Source: a virus (Duplodnaviria > Caudoviricetes). Taken from it: a DNA stretch of 52,582 bases. Location of the stretch: positions 1-52,582 of IMG/VR virus record IMGVR_UViG_3300042924_001928. The stretch is one strand, 5' to 3'. Below, piece by piece: positions 44,544 to 52,582 of this stretch. The notes beneath the pieces were generated by a model. That model was not told the DNA's origin, made no database searches, and was given only the letters and a program-made list of their open reading frames with translations. The stretch's first letter is position 1; the number at the start of each line of letters is the position of its first letter. Made by a program: the position numbers and the translations under genes.

Positions 44544-47500
44544 CAGAATGTTCCTCCAGAAATTCCTGACGTCGCCACGATATATGACGTCGTCAAAGTA
44601 TTAGACGATGGGTTGTAGGTTAGATTCGAGTCGACCTCAATCCCATTGTTTCCAGACGTTGTATCAACGAACGTCGGATAAAATGTAGCATTTACAGATG
44701 TCGCCGTGGTGGCCACATTGGTGGCATTCGTAGCGTTGGAGGCATTGGTCGCAGTGCCAACAGTAATCGACGCCGGATCAGTCCACGCAGGAGCCGTTCC
44801 GCTGGACGTCAGAATCCGATTAGTCCCTCCGATCGTCAGGCGATCTAGCGTGGTCGTGGTATTTGCATAGAGCAGATCACCCGTCGCGTAGCTGCTGATC
44901 CCAGTTCCGCCATTTATCGCTATCAGGGTGCCTGCCAGCGTGATGGTTCCAGAAGACGTTACGGGACCGCCGCTGGTCGTCAGACCAGTAGTGCCGCCCG
45001 ACACGTCCACAGAAGTCACGGTGCCGGTACCAGCCACATCCCAAGAGAATGCCGACCCGGTCCACTTCAAAAAGTGCCCAGCAGTAACCGGCGCAACGAT
45101 GAATGACGTGGTGCTGGCGCCGGTGTTGTAGACGATCTGGTTAGCCGTGCCGCCAGCCACGTTTGTGGCCGTTGTTGCAGTCGCAGCATTACCGCCAATC
45201 GACAGGCCAGCCGCGGTGCCGGTCAGGTTTGTGCCGGGACCAGAGAAGTCCGTGGTGGCCGTGACCGTAGTTCCGCGCACAGAAGCTGCCGTAGTGGCGC
45301 CAACCGTCGTTCCATCAATCGCCCCACCCGTGATAGCCACAGAGGTGGAGTTTTGGGTCGACATGCTGCCCAGGCCGGTGATGTCCGTATTCGGGATCGA
45401 TGACGAGGCGGTAAGGGCGCTGGTACCTGTTCCCTTGACGTAGCCGGTCAGCGTGGTCGCTCCGGTACCGCCGTGGGCCACATTGAGGGTGCCGCCCAGG
45501 GTGATCGTGCCGCTAACGGTAACGGGCCCTCCGCTCGTGCTCAGACCGGTTGTGCCACCAGAGACATCCACCGAGGTCACGGTGCCGCCAAAAGACGGCG
45601 TGGCCGAGATGGTGATGCCGCCCGAGGTATTGGTGATCGAGACGTTGGTTCCGGCCGTCAGATTGGCCAGCGAATAGCCGGTTCCGTTGCCGATTGCCAG
45701 TTGACCGTTTGCCGGTGTTGCCGTCAGTCCAGTGCCGCCGTAAGCAACCCCAATAGCCGTTGCATTCCAAGTGCCGGTGGTCAACGTACCAAGGCCGGTG
45801 ATGCCGGTATAGGAGCCTGTCAGACGTCCAGAATCAAGCGTCCCGGAAGTGATGTTGCTGGCGTTGGTTGTGTCAGTAGTTGCCGACGGCGCAAGCCCAG
45901 AGACCTGCCCAGAAGTGATCGCAATTGGCGCAGATGCTGCGCTGGTGATCTGACCCTGGGCATTGATATTCAAGGTCAAGGCAGACGACGTCGACCCGTA
46001 AGCCCCGGCACTCACTCCTGTGTTGGAGATGTTGAACGTCGTGGATGGGCTGAGATTTAGTCCGGTTCCGGCGCTATACGTTACCGATGAACTGAACTGG
46101 GCAAACGTGATGGCCGTGGTGCCAAACGTGATCGGGCCAGACGTGGTGCAGGTATACGACTCGCCCGCACCGGTGTTGCCGCTAGTGACAAAGAAGTACG
46201 AGCCCTGGCCGAGCTTGGTAGAAGAGTTTGCGCCATAGGTGTCGGTATCTGACGTGCGAGTCAGTACCCAGGCAGTCGAGCCGTTTCCGACTACGCTGAC
46301 CTCATAGACGCCGTTTTCAAATTGATTGGTCTGGTTGTAGACCAGAACGCGGTCGCCAACCATGGCTGTCGGACCATCGGGAGCAAAAGCTGCCAAGGCC
46401 CCGGCATTGGTCAGCGTAGCGCCAACACCAGCCACACCGTTGTTGTACGTCGCGTTCAGGTTGCCGGTTGTGTTCGGCACTTCGTACTTGACGGCAGTGT
46501 GAACATTTAGACCGGCCGCCACCTGCTCATCAACATACTGCTTGTTGACTAGGTCATTCGCATTGGTGGGCAGCGTTGAAATCGTGCCGGTCGTTGTCGC
46601 CACAGACGTGAACGTAGCAGCCGCCGGAGTCGTTCCGCCGATCACCGCGTTGTTAATCGTGGCGCCAGTAATCGCACCGCCGGTGATAGCTACGGAGTTG
46701 GAGTTCTGCGTAGCAATCGTGCCAAGCCCAGAGACATCGGTATGCGGCACCGTTGCCGCGGCCGTCATGGCCGACGTGCCGTTGCCTTTGACGTATCCCG
46801 TCAGAGTAGTGGCGCCCGTGCCTCCATTGGACACGTTGAGCGTGCCGGTCAGTACGATAGAGCCAGTGGTGGGGGACGACGGCGAAAAGCCCGTGGTGCC
46901 CGCGCTAAACGTGTTGACGCCTGTACCAATCGGGAAAGCCTGCCAGGACCCGCCTGCATAGCCCTCAAAAGCCGCCAGATCGCTGTTGTATCGGAATTCA
47001 CCGTTTGACCCAACGGGCTGCTGTGCGGTGGTTCCACCGGGGACCTTAACGGACCCAGTACCAGGAAGCACTGGATTGCTTGCAATACCAATTGTCGGAT
47101 TGCCCGCCTGCCCATCACCATCAGTCACCGCGATCTGGTTGGCCGTACCCGTTACCGTCAAGGCGGCAATCGTGTTGCCCGGACGAAGAGCGAGAACACC
47201 CACGCCGGGGAAGTTGGCCAGAGAGGCTACTGTGCCGGTCAACGAGAAGATGGGATTAGCGCCAGTGCCGTCAGGGTTAGAGATCGACAGGCCGGTGCCG
47301 GACGTAGTCAGGCTGCGCGAGACAACCGTATTGGCCGAGTCCTTGACGATGAAACCGGAAGAGGCTGCGTTCAAGCTGCTGGCCGCGCCGGTCATGCCAA
47401 TACGCAGGAACGACAGCGAGCCGCCATCTGTGAGTTGCAGGCCGGTGTCGACCGACAGATAACGGCTATTTGTTAGGTTGACCTCTTGCGACTGGGTCAC

Positions 47501-47641
47501 AAAGGTCTGATTCAGCGTCGGGCTGTTAGCAATCGCGCCCGTGGTCGTGCGATACGTCCCGCCGTTTTGGACGATGGGTACAAGCTCGGTGCCTGTGATT
47601 GGGCCCGCGGCTGGAAGCTGGGTAATAGTTTGATTGGCCAT
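44543..47641 (-). CDS. Long tail fibre (proximal/stalk)
   Basis: 1032 aa Thr/Gly-rich with duplicated GTVTSVDVSGGTTGL and GGTGATTLTGYVKG blocks; GDRVLVYNQT..ENGVY; ends ISGGTF. Confidence 0.85.
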   Translation of the reverse strand: MANQTITQLPAAGPITGTELVPIVQNGGTYRTTTGAIANSPTLNQTFVTQSQEVNLTNSRYLSVDTGLQLTDGGSLSFLRIGMTGAASSLNAASSGFIVKDSANTVVSRSLTTSGTGLSISNPDGTGANPIFSLTGTVASLANFPGVGVLALRPGNTIAALTVTGTANQIAVTDGDGQAGNPTIGIASNPVLPGTGSVKVPGGTTAQQPVGSNGEFRYNSDLAAFEGYAGGSWQAFPIGTGVNTFSAGTTGFSPSSPTTGSIVLTGTLNVSNGGTGATTLTGYVKGNGTSAMTAAATVPHTDVSGLGTIATQNSNSVAITGGAITGATINNAVIGGTTPAAATFTSVATTTGTISTLPTNANDLVNKQYVDEQVAAGLNVHTAVKYEVPNTTGNLNATYNNGVAGVGATLTNAGALAAFAPDGPTAMVGDRVLVYNQTNQFENGVYEVSVVGNGSTAWVLTRTSDTDTYGANSSTKLGQGSYFFVTSGNTGAGESYTCTTSGPITFGTTAITFAQFSSSVTYSAGTGLNLSPSTTFNISNTGVSAGAYGSTSSALTLNINAQGQITSAASAPIAITSGQVSGLAPSATTDTTNASNITSGTLDSGRLTGSYTGITGLGTLTTGTWNATAIGVAYGGTGLTATPANGQLAIGNGTGYSLANLTAGTNVSITNTSGGITISATPSFGGTVTSVDVSGGTTGLSTSGGPVTVSGTITLGGTLNVAHGGTGATTLTGYVKGTGTSALTASSSIPNTDITGLGSMSTQNSTSVAITGGAIDGTTVGATTAASVRGTTVTATTDFSGPGTNLTGTAAGLSIGGNAATATTATNVAGGTANQIVYNTGASTTSFIVAPVTAGHFLKWTGSAFSWDVAGTGTVTSVDVSGGTTGLTTSGGPVTSSGTITLAGTLIAINGGTGISSYATGDLLYANTTTTLDRLTIGGTNRILTSSGTAPAWTDPASITVGTATNASNATNATNVATTATSVNATFYPTFVDTTSGNNGIEVDSNLTYNPSSNTLTTSYIVATSGISGGTF

Positions 47642-47982
47642 TATGGTGACACCGAAATTCCGTCAAGGTTACCGTTGTTCTCCGGCGTATCGGTGTTGCC
47701 CTCGGTCGAAATTACCCAATCACCTTGGTTATCGGTAACGAGGTTGTTCGGATCGAGTGCCACGCTCACGTCGGGGCGCGGGAAACGGAGGTTGATGCGC
47801 TCTGTCTTACGGGCCGGAAGCCGATAAGGGTCCTTCTGGTCTGCACATCCCTGATCGCACACCTGCAAGCCAGGAAAGTTCGGATCTGGCCTCATCACCG
47901 CATGGGCACGCTTCATCTTGCAGCGATCGCAGATAGCAACCGCTAGCGTGCTCATTCCAAGGGTGTCGAGGAAGATCGGCAT
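47641..47982 (-). CDS. Small Cys-motif virion protein
   Basis: AICDRC...VCDQGC.D..DP, LRFPRPD. Confidence 0.7.
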   Translation of the reverse strand: MPIFLDTLGMSTLAVAICDRCKMKRAHAVMRPDPNFPGLQVCDQGCADQKDPYRLPARKTERINLRFPRPDVSVALDPNNLVTDNQGDWVISTEGNTDTPENNGNLDGISVSP

Positions 47983-47984
47983 GG

Positions 47985-49055
47985 TCAGGCGGTATACACA
48001 GAGATGTTAGGAGCAAAGTAGATAGGCGACTTGTCGCGCTCTTCCTGCTCTGCCAGATTCAGATACTTCTCGGCCTGCTGCTCAAGGTACGTAATGCGCT
48101 CAAATGGCACGTTTGGTAGCTCCATGGCCATCTGATGCGCCAGCATGTTCACCACAGCCAGATACCAACGCTGCGGGATCTGCAATTCGTCCGTCAAATC
48201 GCCCACATCCATGACCTGCTTGCTGTACCAGATCGTCATTTGGACGAACGGGTCGCTAGGCACCGGCCAAAGGTAGATTTCCGGCTGCGGAACCGTGCGA
48301 TTGAACCAAAACTGGTACGGCTGGTTGGCCGTGAAGTTCTTATTGGGCAGATTTGTGTAGTCGTCGCGGTTCAGACGGGCCATCGTGATCTCGCGGGAGT
48401 TATTTCCCACGTAAAACTCACGCAAAGCCAGCGTAGTGCCGCCAGAAGCCTGAATTCGGTAGTACTGGACCGTCTGACCAGGGTCGATGTCGTACCAAAG
48501 CCACTGGTTATCGGTCACCACCGTCGTGCCAACGTTCTCTAGGGTGTTCCAGGTGATCCCGTCGGTGGAATATTGGAGGGAAAAGGTCCAAGTAGCACTG
48601 CCACCACCAGCAACGTAAGGCAAAACGCCGATCGAGCCAGCATAAATCGGGTTGTCAGTCCCAAAATCGACCGAAATGTTGCCGTTTGGGCTTGTTTGCT
48701 GGGTGTAGGTGTTGACATCGTTGTCAAATGCGTTGGAAACGACACCACCGGCCGAGGTTGAGTAGTTGCCGGTAGGGCGACTCATGGTCCGATACAGGGC
48801 GTTGAGCACATCGTTGGCCCCAACAGGCAGGGTGTAGATGTATTTGTCGGCAGAGAGGCCAATAACCTCCTTCTTGATCGCCCAATACTGAATGCCGATG
48901 TTGATCAGGTTCGTCAGAACGAAGCCCAACGACTGCCGAGCCGTCAAAAGCTGCTCCGCAGTGAGTTCCTCGGCCAGTTTGCCGCAGCGCCGAGCGCCGT
49001 GGTCAATCAATGTCTGAACATTGAAGACTTGCCCGTATGTGTCTGAGTACGCCAT
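47985..49055 (-). CDS. Head-tail connector-like protein with an inserted discoidin-like domain
   Basis: ARQSL...NIGIQYW, Y.NLPNK...P.QFW..R, LWPVP; insert SNAFDND...SVDFG...YSTDGITW...YYRI. Confidence 0.6.
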   Translation of the reverse strand: MAYSDTYGQVFNVQTLIDHGARRCGKLAEELTAEQLLTARQSLGFVLTNLINIGIQYWAIKKEVIGLSADKYIYTLPVGANDVLNALYRTMSRPTGNYSTSAGGVVSNAFDNDVNTYTQQTSPNGNISVDFGTDNPIYAGSIGVLPYVAGGGSATWTFSLQYSTDGITWNTLENVGTTVVTDNQWLWYDIDPGQTVQYYRIQASGGTTLALREFYVGNNSREITMARLNRDDYTNLPNKNFTANQPYQFWFNRTVPQPEIYLWPVPSDPFVQMTIWYSKQVMDVGDLTDELQIPQRWYLAVVNMLAHQMAMELPNVPFERITYLEQQAEKYLNLAEQEERDKSPIYFAPNISVYTA

Positions 49056-49064
49056 GGTGCTCCT

Positions 49065-49469
49065 TTACCATCCGGGGCAGTTCCACCGCTTCATCGAAGC
49101 GCGTGCTCTGCTGCCTTTTTCACTTTTTTCAGCGACAGGACCCATTCTCGCGCAGAAAGAGTCTCTGCGGGGGCCTCCTTGGGGCTGTGGAGCCTTCAGG
49201 TTTGATCCTGTTTCCCGGTTGTATTTCGCTCGGCCTTTCGCCGTAAGACCCGCGCCACGGTCGACCGAAAGTTTTTCACCACGCCCGACAGCCAAAGACG
49301 GGCCTCCTTTAGCTTTTTTTTCAGGTAGCTTTCCATACGCACTCCCTTTCTTGTTTGATTGGGTGTACTCGGCCGCAACATCAGGTCGAATCCCCACTTT
49401 TTTGGCGAATTCTGGGTTGTGTTCGGCGGCCTTCATCAGCCTGAACTGGGACTTGGACTTGGCGGGCAT
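49065..49469 (-). CDS. Basic two-module protein with a DUF6321-like C-terminal half
   Basis: MPAKSKSQFRLM..HNPEFAKKVGI module plus GLTAKGRAKYNRETGSNLKAP..RRDSFCARM..RWNC module. Confidence 0.7.
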   Translation of the reverse strand: MPAKSKSQFRLMKAAEHNPEFAKKVGIRPDVAAEYTQSNKKGSAYGKLPEKKAKGGPSLAVGRGEKLSVDRGAGLTAKGRAKYNRETGSNLKAPQPQGGPRRDSFCARMGPVAEKSEKGSRARASMKRWNCPGW

Positions 49470-50054
49470 TTAGGCCACCTGCATCATCGACGCAATGATT
49501 GAGGGGATAGCCGGATAGGCCGGGGACACGCTTGCTGGCAGGTGCTCAAGAGTCACCGTCGCCGAAGTCGGCAGCCAGACGATCTGCACATACTGGCCAG
49601 CGGTCAAATCAAGCATGAACATCAGGCTGGCGACGTTGTAGCCAAAGATGCCTGCGCTTTTGCGAGCAGGAATCGTGTATTGAGTTGCTGAATTGGCAAG
49701 GTCCGATCCGTCAATCCGAAGCCAAACAGTCGCGTCATGCTGCGCGTTGTCCGTATTCTTGAACTGTGCGCTAAATTGAAAGCTGTAGATACCTGCGTTG
49801 ACCACCGTCATCTTGCTGCCGTCCACCAATGTGATGCCGCCAGCTACGTCAATCGTGTTAAAGGTCATCACGGTGCCAGCAGAAATACTGCCGATCTGGT
49901 CAGTGCTATCACTAAACCCGCCATAAGCATTGTCAAAGTTGCGAATTGAATCAAGCGTAGCCTTGACGTTGGCGCCGCTTTGCACCATGGGGATGAGTTC
50001 TGCGCCAGTCAGCGTGAGCGCCGATGGCATTGCGGATATTTTTTGGTCAGCCAT
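49470..50054 (-). CDS. Short fibre/spike with a C1q/BclA-like C-terminus
   Basis: MADQKISAMP N-terminus; AYGGF, AGIYSFQFSAQF, L.AGQYVQI. Confidence 0.6.
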   Translation of the reverse strand: MADQKISAMPSALTLTGAELIPMVQSGANVKATLDSIRNFDNAYGGFSDSTDQIGSISAGTVMTFNTIDVAGGITLVDGSKMTVVNAGIYSFQFSAQFKNTDNAQHDATVWLRIDGSDLANSATQYTIPARKSAGIFGYNVASLMFMLDLTAGQYVQIVWLPTSATVTLEHLPASVSPAYPAIPSIIASMMQVA

Positions 50055-50287
50055 TACGATGACTCCAGAATGATTTTGCTGTCATCCTCTTGCAGGACAT
50101 AGCCCGGAGAGGTCTCGTCGGCAATGTAGAAGGTGGTCACCGGCGCGGCTCCATACAGGTCCACTACGCCATCATCGCCCACGTCCTCGCCCACGCCACC
50201 ACCCACCGGGTTGATGGCGTTTACGTTCGCACCAAACCCGTCGGTGGTGTTCGCTTGATTGGTGACGCCGCCATACCCTACGGGCAT
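50054..50287 (-). CDS. Small acidic virion protein
   Basis: 77 aa; ends GYVLQEDDSKIILESS; TAATG-coupled to the fibre gene. Confidence 0.65.
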   Translation of the reverse strand: MPVGYGGVTNQANTTDGFGANVNAINPVGGGVGEDVGDDGVVDLYGAAPVTTFYIADETSPGYVLQEDDSKIILESS

Positions 50288-50289
50288 GA

Positions 50290-50592
50290 TCAGATTCCTG
50301 CCTGAATCAGTTTCAGGGTGGCAGTGCCATCACCAGAATTCACCAGCACCTTGATGCCGGTCACCGGAAAGGCGTAGTTGCCGTCCTGGTTGGTGGTCTC
50401 GCCCGCAATCGTCGGATGCGAGAACCAAGTCGAGAACCCAACTGCGGGGTCGTCGAAAGTATGCTGCACGGTGTAGTCGACAGTGCCAGTCACGATCACG
50501 CCAAAACCAACGTTAAACGGCGTGACGTTCGTATTCATCACCAGCGCACTGCTGGAACCAACTCCGGTTTTAGAAACGGTCTGTAGTTTCAT
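50290..50592 (-). CDS. Small beta-sandwich virion protein
   Basis: 100 aa; YTVQHTFDD, PVTGIKV, LIQAG. Confidence 0.7.
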   Translation of the reverse strand: MKLQTVSKTGVGSSSALVMNTNVTPFNVGFGVIVTGTVDYTVQHTFDDPAVGFSTWFSHPTIAGETTNQDGNYAFPVTGIKVLVNSGDGTATLKLIQAGI

Positions 50593-50603
50593 TTGTTCTT
50601 CCC

Positions 50604-50635
50604 AAACAAGAAAGCGGGGGCCGAAGCCCCCACTT
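50604..50635 (-). terminator. Rho-independent terminator with a C(UUCG)G loop
   Basis: AAGTGGGGGC-TTCG-GCCCCCGCTT-TCTTGTTT. Confidence 0.75.
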
Positions 50636-50638
50636 GGT

Positions 50639-51682
50639 TCAGCACTTCACTGATCCGCCGCGCTTTTTCGCTGGTGTGACTGTTACAGACTTTTCAGTCT
50701 TGGTCACACTGCGAGGAGCACCCTTTTTAAGAAGCTCCCGCTCCTTATCCGTGATTGCTCCCATGCCCTTGAAAGACTTGGCCATAGCGGCCGGGACTTC
50801 CTCAAGCATTTCGCGCTCAAAGTCAGACACTGCGCCAAGGCCGCCCATTTCGGCGCCTTTCCGCATTGCCTCGCTCAATCCACCATCCTTCATCTTCACG
50901 CCGCCACCCTTTTTGAAGGTGCCGGATTGGAGATTGTTCTTGACGGACTGAGAGACAGGCTTCTTCGGATACGCTACGGGACGACCAGAGTCGTTAACAC
51001 TGCCCCCCGTAGCGTAGGCTTTTTTTGGGGCACCGCCTTTCTTGTACCCGCCAGCGTTACCCAGCTTGACCTCACCAGTCTTGGTATTGGTCACACCGGG
51101 CTTAGACGTCGAGACGTTACCCTCAACGCCGCCACCTTTGGCGTACTTCATGGCTTTGCCGCCGTGCTTAAAGCCACCGGGTTTGCCCATGACGACCTCG
51201 CCGGTCTTCTTAGGCGTGTGGTGCTCACCTTCAGCGGTAACCATCTTGGTCTTGGCGTAGGACTTAGCGCCCTTCTCCGAGACCTTCTCAGGGATGATGC
51301 CGTCCTTGTAGATCGCGCCGCCCTTTTTGAAGCCGCCCTGACCCATCGCTACACCACCGGTCTTCAAGCCTTTGTGGGCCTTGGACGCGGGCATAGCGGC
51401 GTGCTTTTCAAGGGCAGCGTCGCCACCCTCTTTCATCATGGGACGGCCCATAGGAGCACCCTTCATAGCTGCACGGCGTGCGGCCATCGTGGGCTTCTTG
51501 GGTCGAGCAACAGGAGCCATGCCGCCACGAGCGCCGATAGCAGAAGGAGCAGCCGCAAGGCCACCCATCACGCCACCGTTCATCATCTTGACAGGCTTCT
51601 TGACGGAACCACCTTTTTTGAGCTTCAGTTCTACCGAAGGCTCAGTGGTCATCATTTTGACCATTGGCTTAAATTGACCCAT
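50639..51682 (-). CDS. Lys/Gly/Met-rich disordered protein with about 12 GG motifs
   Basis: Likely start ATG at 51682 (MGQFKPM, AAGGAG RBS), 347 aa; two genes downstream of the capsid gene. Confidence 0.8.
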   Translation of the reverse strand: MGQFKPMVKMMTTEPSVELKLKKGGSVKKPVKMMNGGVMGGLAAAPSAIGARGGMAPVARPKKPTMAARRAAMKGAPMGRPMMKEGGDAALEKHAAMPASKAHKGLKTGGVAMGQGGFKKGGAIYKDGIIPEKVSEKGAKSYAKTKMVTAEGEHHTPKKTGEVVMGKPGGFKHGGKAMKYAKGGGVEGNVSTSKPGVTNTKTGEVKLGNAGGYKKGGAPKKAYATGGSVNDSGRPVAYPKKPVSQSVKNNLQSGTFKKGGGVKMKDGGLSEAMRKGAEMGGLGAVSDFEREMLEEVPAAMAKSFKGMGAITDKERELLKKGAPRSVTKTEKSVTVTPAKKRGGSVKC

Positions 51683-51692
51683 GGCTGTCTCC

Positions 51693-52142
51693 TTAAACCT
51701 TCTGAGCGTAGACCACCGTGAGGCGGTACACACCCTGCGTTGTGGAAACAGTGCCGTTGGGGTCAACGGTAAAGGCGATGGTCGTGTTGTTGTTCACGTC
51801 TTCCATGGCGGTCAGTTGAGCCGCCGTGAAAGTGAGAGCCGCACGTCCACCAGCGATCACATCAGTCGCAGACAGGTACTGAGTACCAGCCGCGGCCGTG
51901 CCGATCGTTGCGTTTACAGCCGTAGCCGTGCCACCGCCAACCACCGGAGTCGTAGTGCAATCAACAAAAAAATCGATGATCTGCGAATCCGCGGGAATGG
52001 TGATGGTGCTCGTCACAGCGGTGCCAGCAGAGACCGTCGTGGCCGTGGTGGTCTGCGTCAAAACGACGAAGCCGCCATCGGTCGTGTCGGTCAGCGTGCC
52101 AGAGCCGCTGCGAAGGGTACTTCCAAAGTACGTTTGTGCCAT
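51693..52142 (-). CDS. Putative capsid decoration/cement protein
   Basis: 149 aa, beta-rich, directly after the capsid gene; TIPADSQIID, RLTVVY. Confidence 0.6.
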   Translation of the reverse strand: MAQTYFGSTLRSGSGTLTDTTDGGFVVLTQTTTATTVSAGTAVTSTITIPADSQIIDFFVDCTTTPVVGGGTATAVNATIGTAAAGTQYLSATDVIAGGRAALTFTAAQLTAMEDVNNNTTIAFTVDPNGTVSTTQGVYRLTVVYAQKV

Positions 52143-52158
52143 TGTCTTTCTCCTTGAA

Positions 52159-52183
52159 GGAGAGGGAGCCGAAGCCCCCTCTT
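52159..52183 (-). terminator. C(UUCG)G hairpin after the capsid gene (weak terminator or stabiliser)
   Basis: AAGAGGGGGC-TTCG-GCTCCCTCTCC with a poor U-tract. Confidence 0.55.
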
Positions 52184-52187
52184 AGGT

Positions 52188-52582
52188 TTAGACGCCGGGG
52201 GTACCGTACATTGCACGGGGGTCAGTAAAGCCCACGTCATAACGCTCAGTGGCCTTGTACCGCATGGTGTCGGTCTCAAAGTCACCTTCCATCGTCTTCT
52301 CCAGACGACGGCGCATCATGAGCTTCATGCCTTCCGGAGCATCGGTCTGTACCCACCATGCCGTCGGCGAGGTCAGACGCGACAGAACAGCGGCACCCTC
52401 GTCCAGCAAGCCGATCGACTTGATGGGGTTGATGTCGTTGTTTGCGTTACCTGCACGCAGCACGGACTTCAGCAGCACTTCGGCCTGGAAGAGGTTGCCA
52501 GGAGCGACCACCAGTTGGCGGGGCACCAGACGAATCTTCTTGCCGTTGTTGTCCACAGCCTGACGGATCTGGATCAGCATCT
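52188..52582 (-). CDS. Major capsid protein, C-terminal part (truncated at the right edge)
   Basis: P..LVVAP, ANNDINPI, LTSPTAWWVQTD, EGDFETDTMRYKATERY..G..DPR..YG.PG. Confidence 0.9.
   Translation of the reverse strand, partial: MLIQIRQAVDNNGKKIRLVPRQLVVAPGNLFQAEVLLKSVLRAGNANNDINPIKSIGLLDEGAAVLSRLTSPTAWWVQTDAPEGMKLMMRRRLEKTMEGDFETDTMRYKATERYDVGFTDPRAMYGTPGV

Noticed and set aside
38816-47641. Diversity-generating retroelement acting on the fibre genes
   Set aside because: No reverse transcriptase and no template/variable repeat pair differing at adenines was seen; the repeats are protein-level paralogy

Overview
This window is most of one tailed dsDNA phage genome, probably podovirus-like: no tail tube, sheath or clear tape-measure gene was seen. 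The host is not determinable from sequence; a betaproteobacterium is only a guess. Both ends fall inside the head module (scaffold-like gene cut at the left, major capsid gene cut at the right), so a short head-gene segment is probably missing. Layout: 1-10.2 kb packaging/head genes (terS, terL, a 1314-aa multidomain protein, portal, GroES, scaffold); 10.2-18.4 kb leftward early and replication genes (Cro-like HTH, YdaU/DUF1376-type initiator with iterons, RusA, Ref-like nuclease, many small ORFs); 18.5-22.2 kb rightward genes (SSB-like, PD-(D/E)xK exonuclease); 22.2-52.6 kb leftward virion and lysis genes. Best leads: (1) a short [FYML]-[AK]-x-G-G-x-[VIA] peptide motif repeated about 12 times in one head-module protein and placed at domain junctions of other likely virion proteins, a candidate capsid-targeting or processing signal; (2) a C4-like structured RNA whose loop is complementary to the leader of the replication initiator; (3) a candidate sRNA with a 16-nt perfect antisense match to the start region of an early gene; (4) a shared promoter/operator/leader-hairpin architecture with compensatory base changes. 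All family names come from motif recognition by eye, not database searches.
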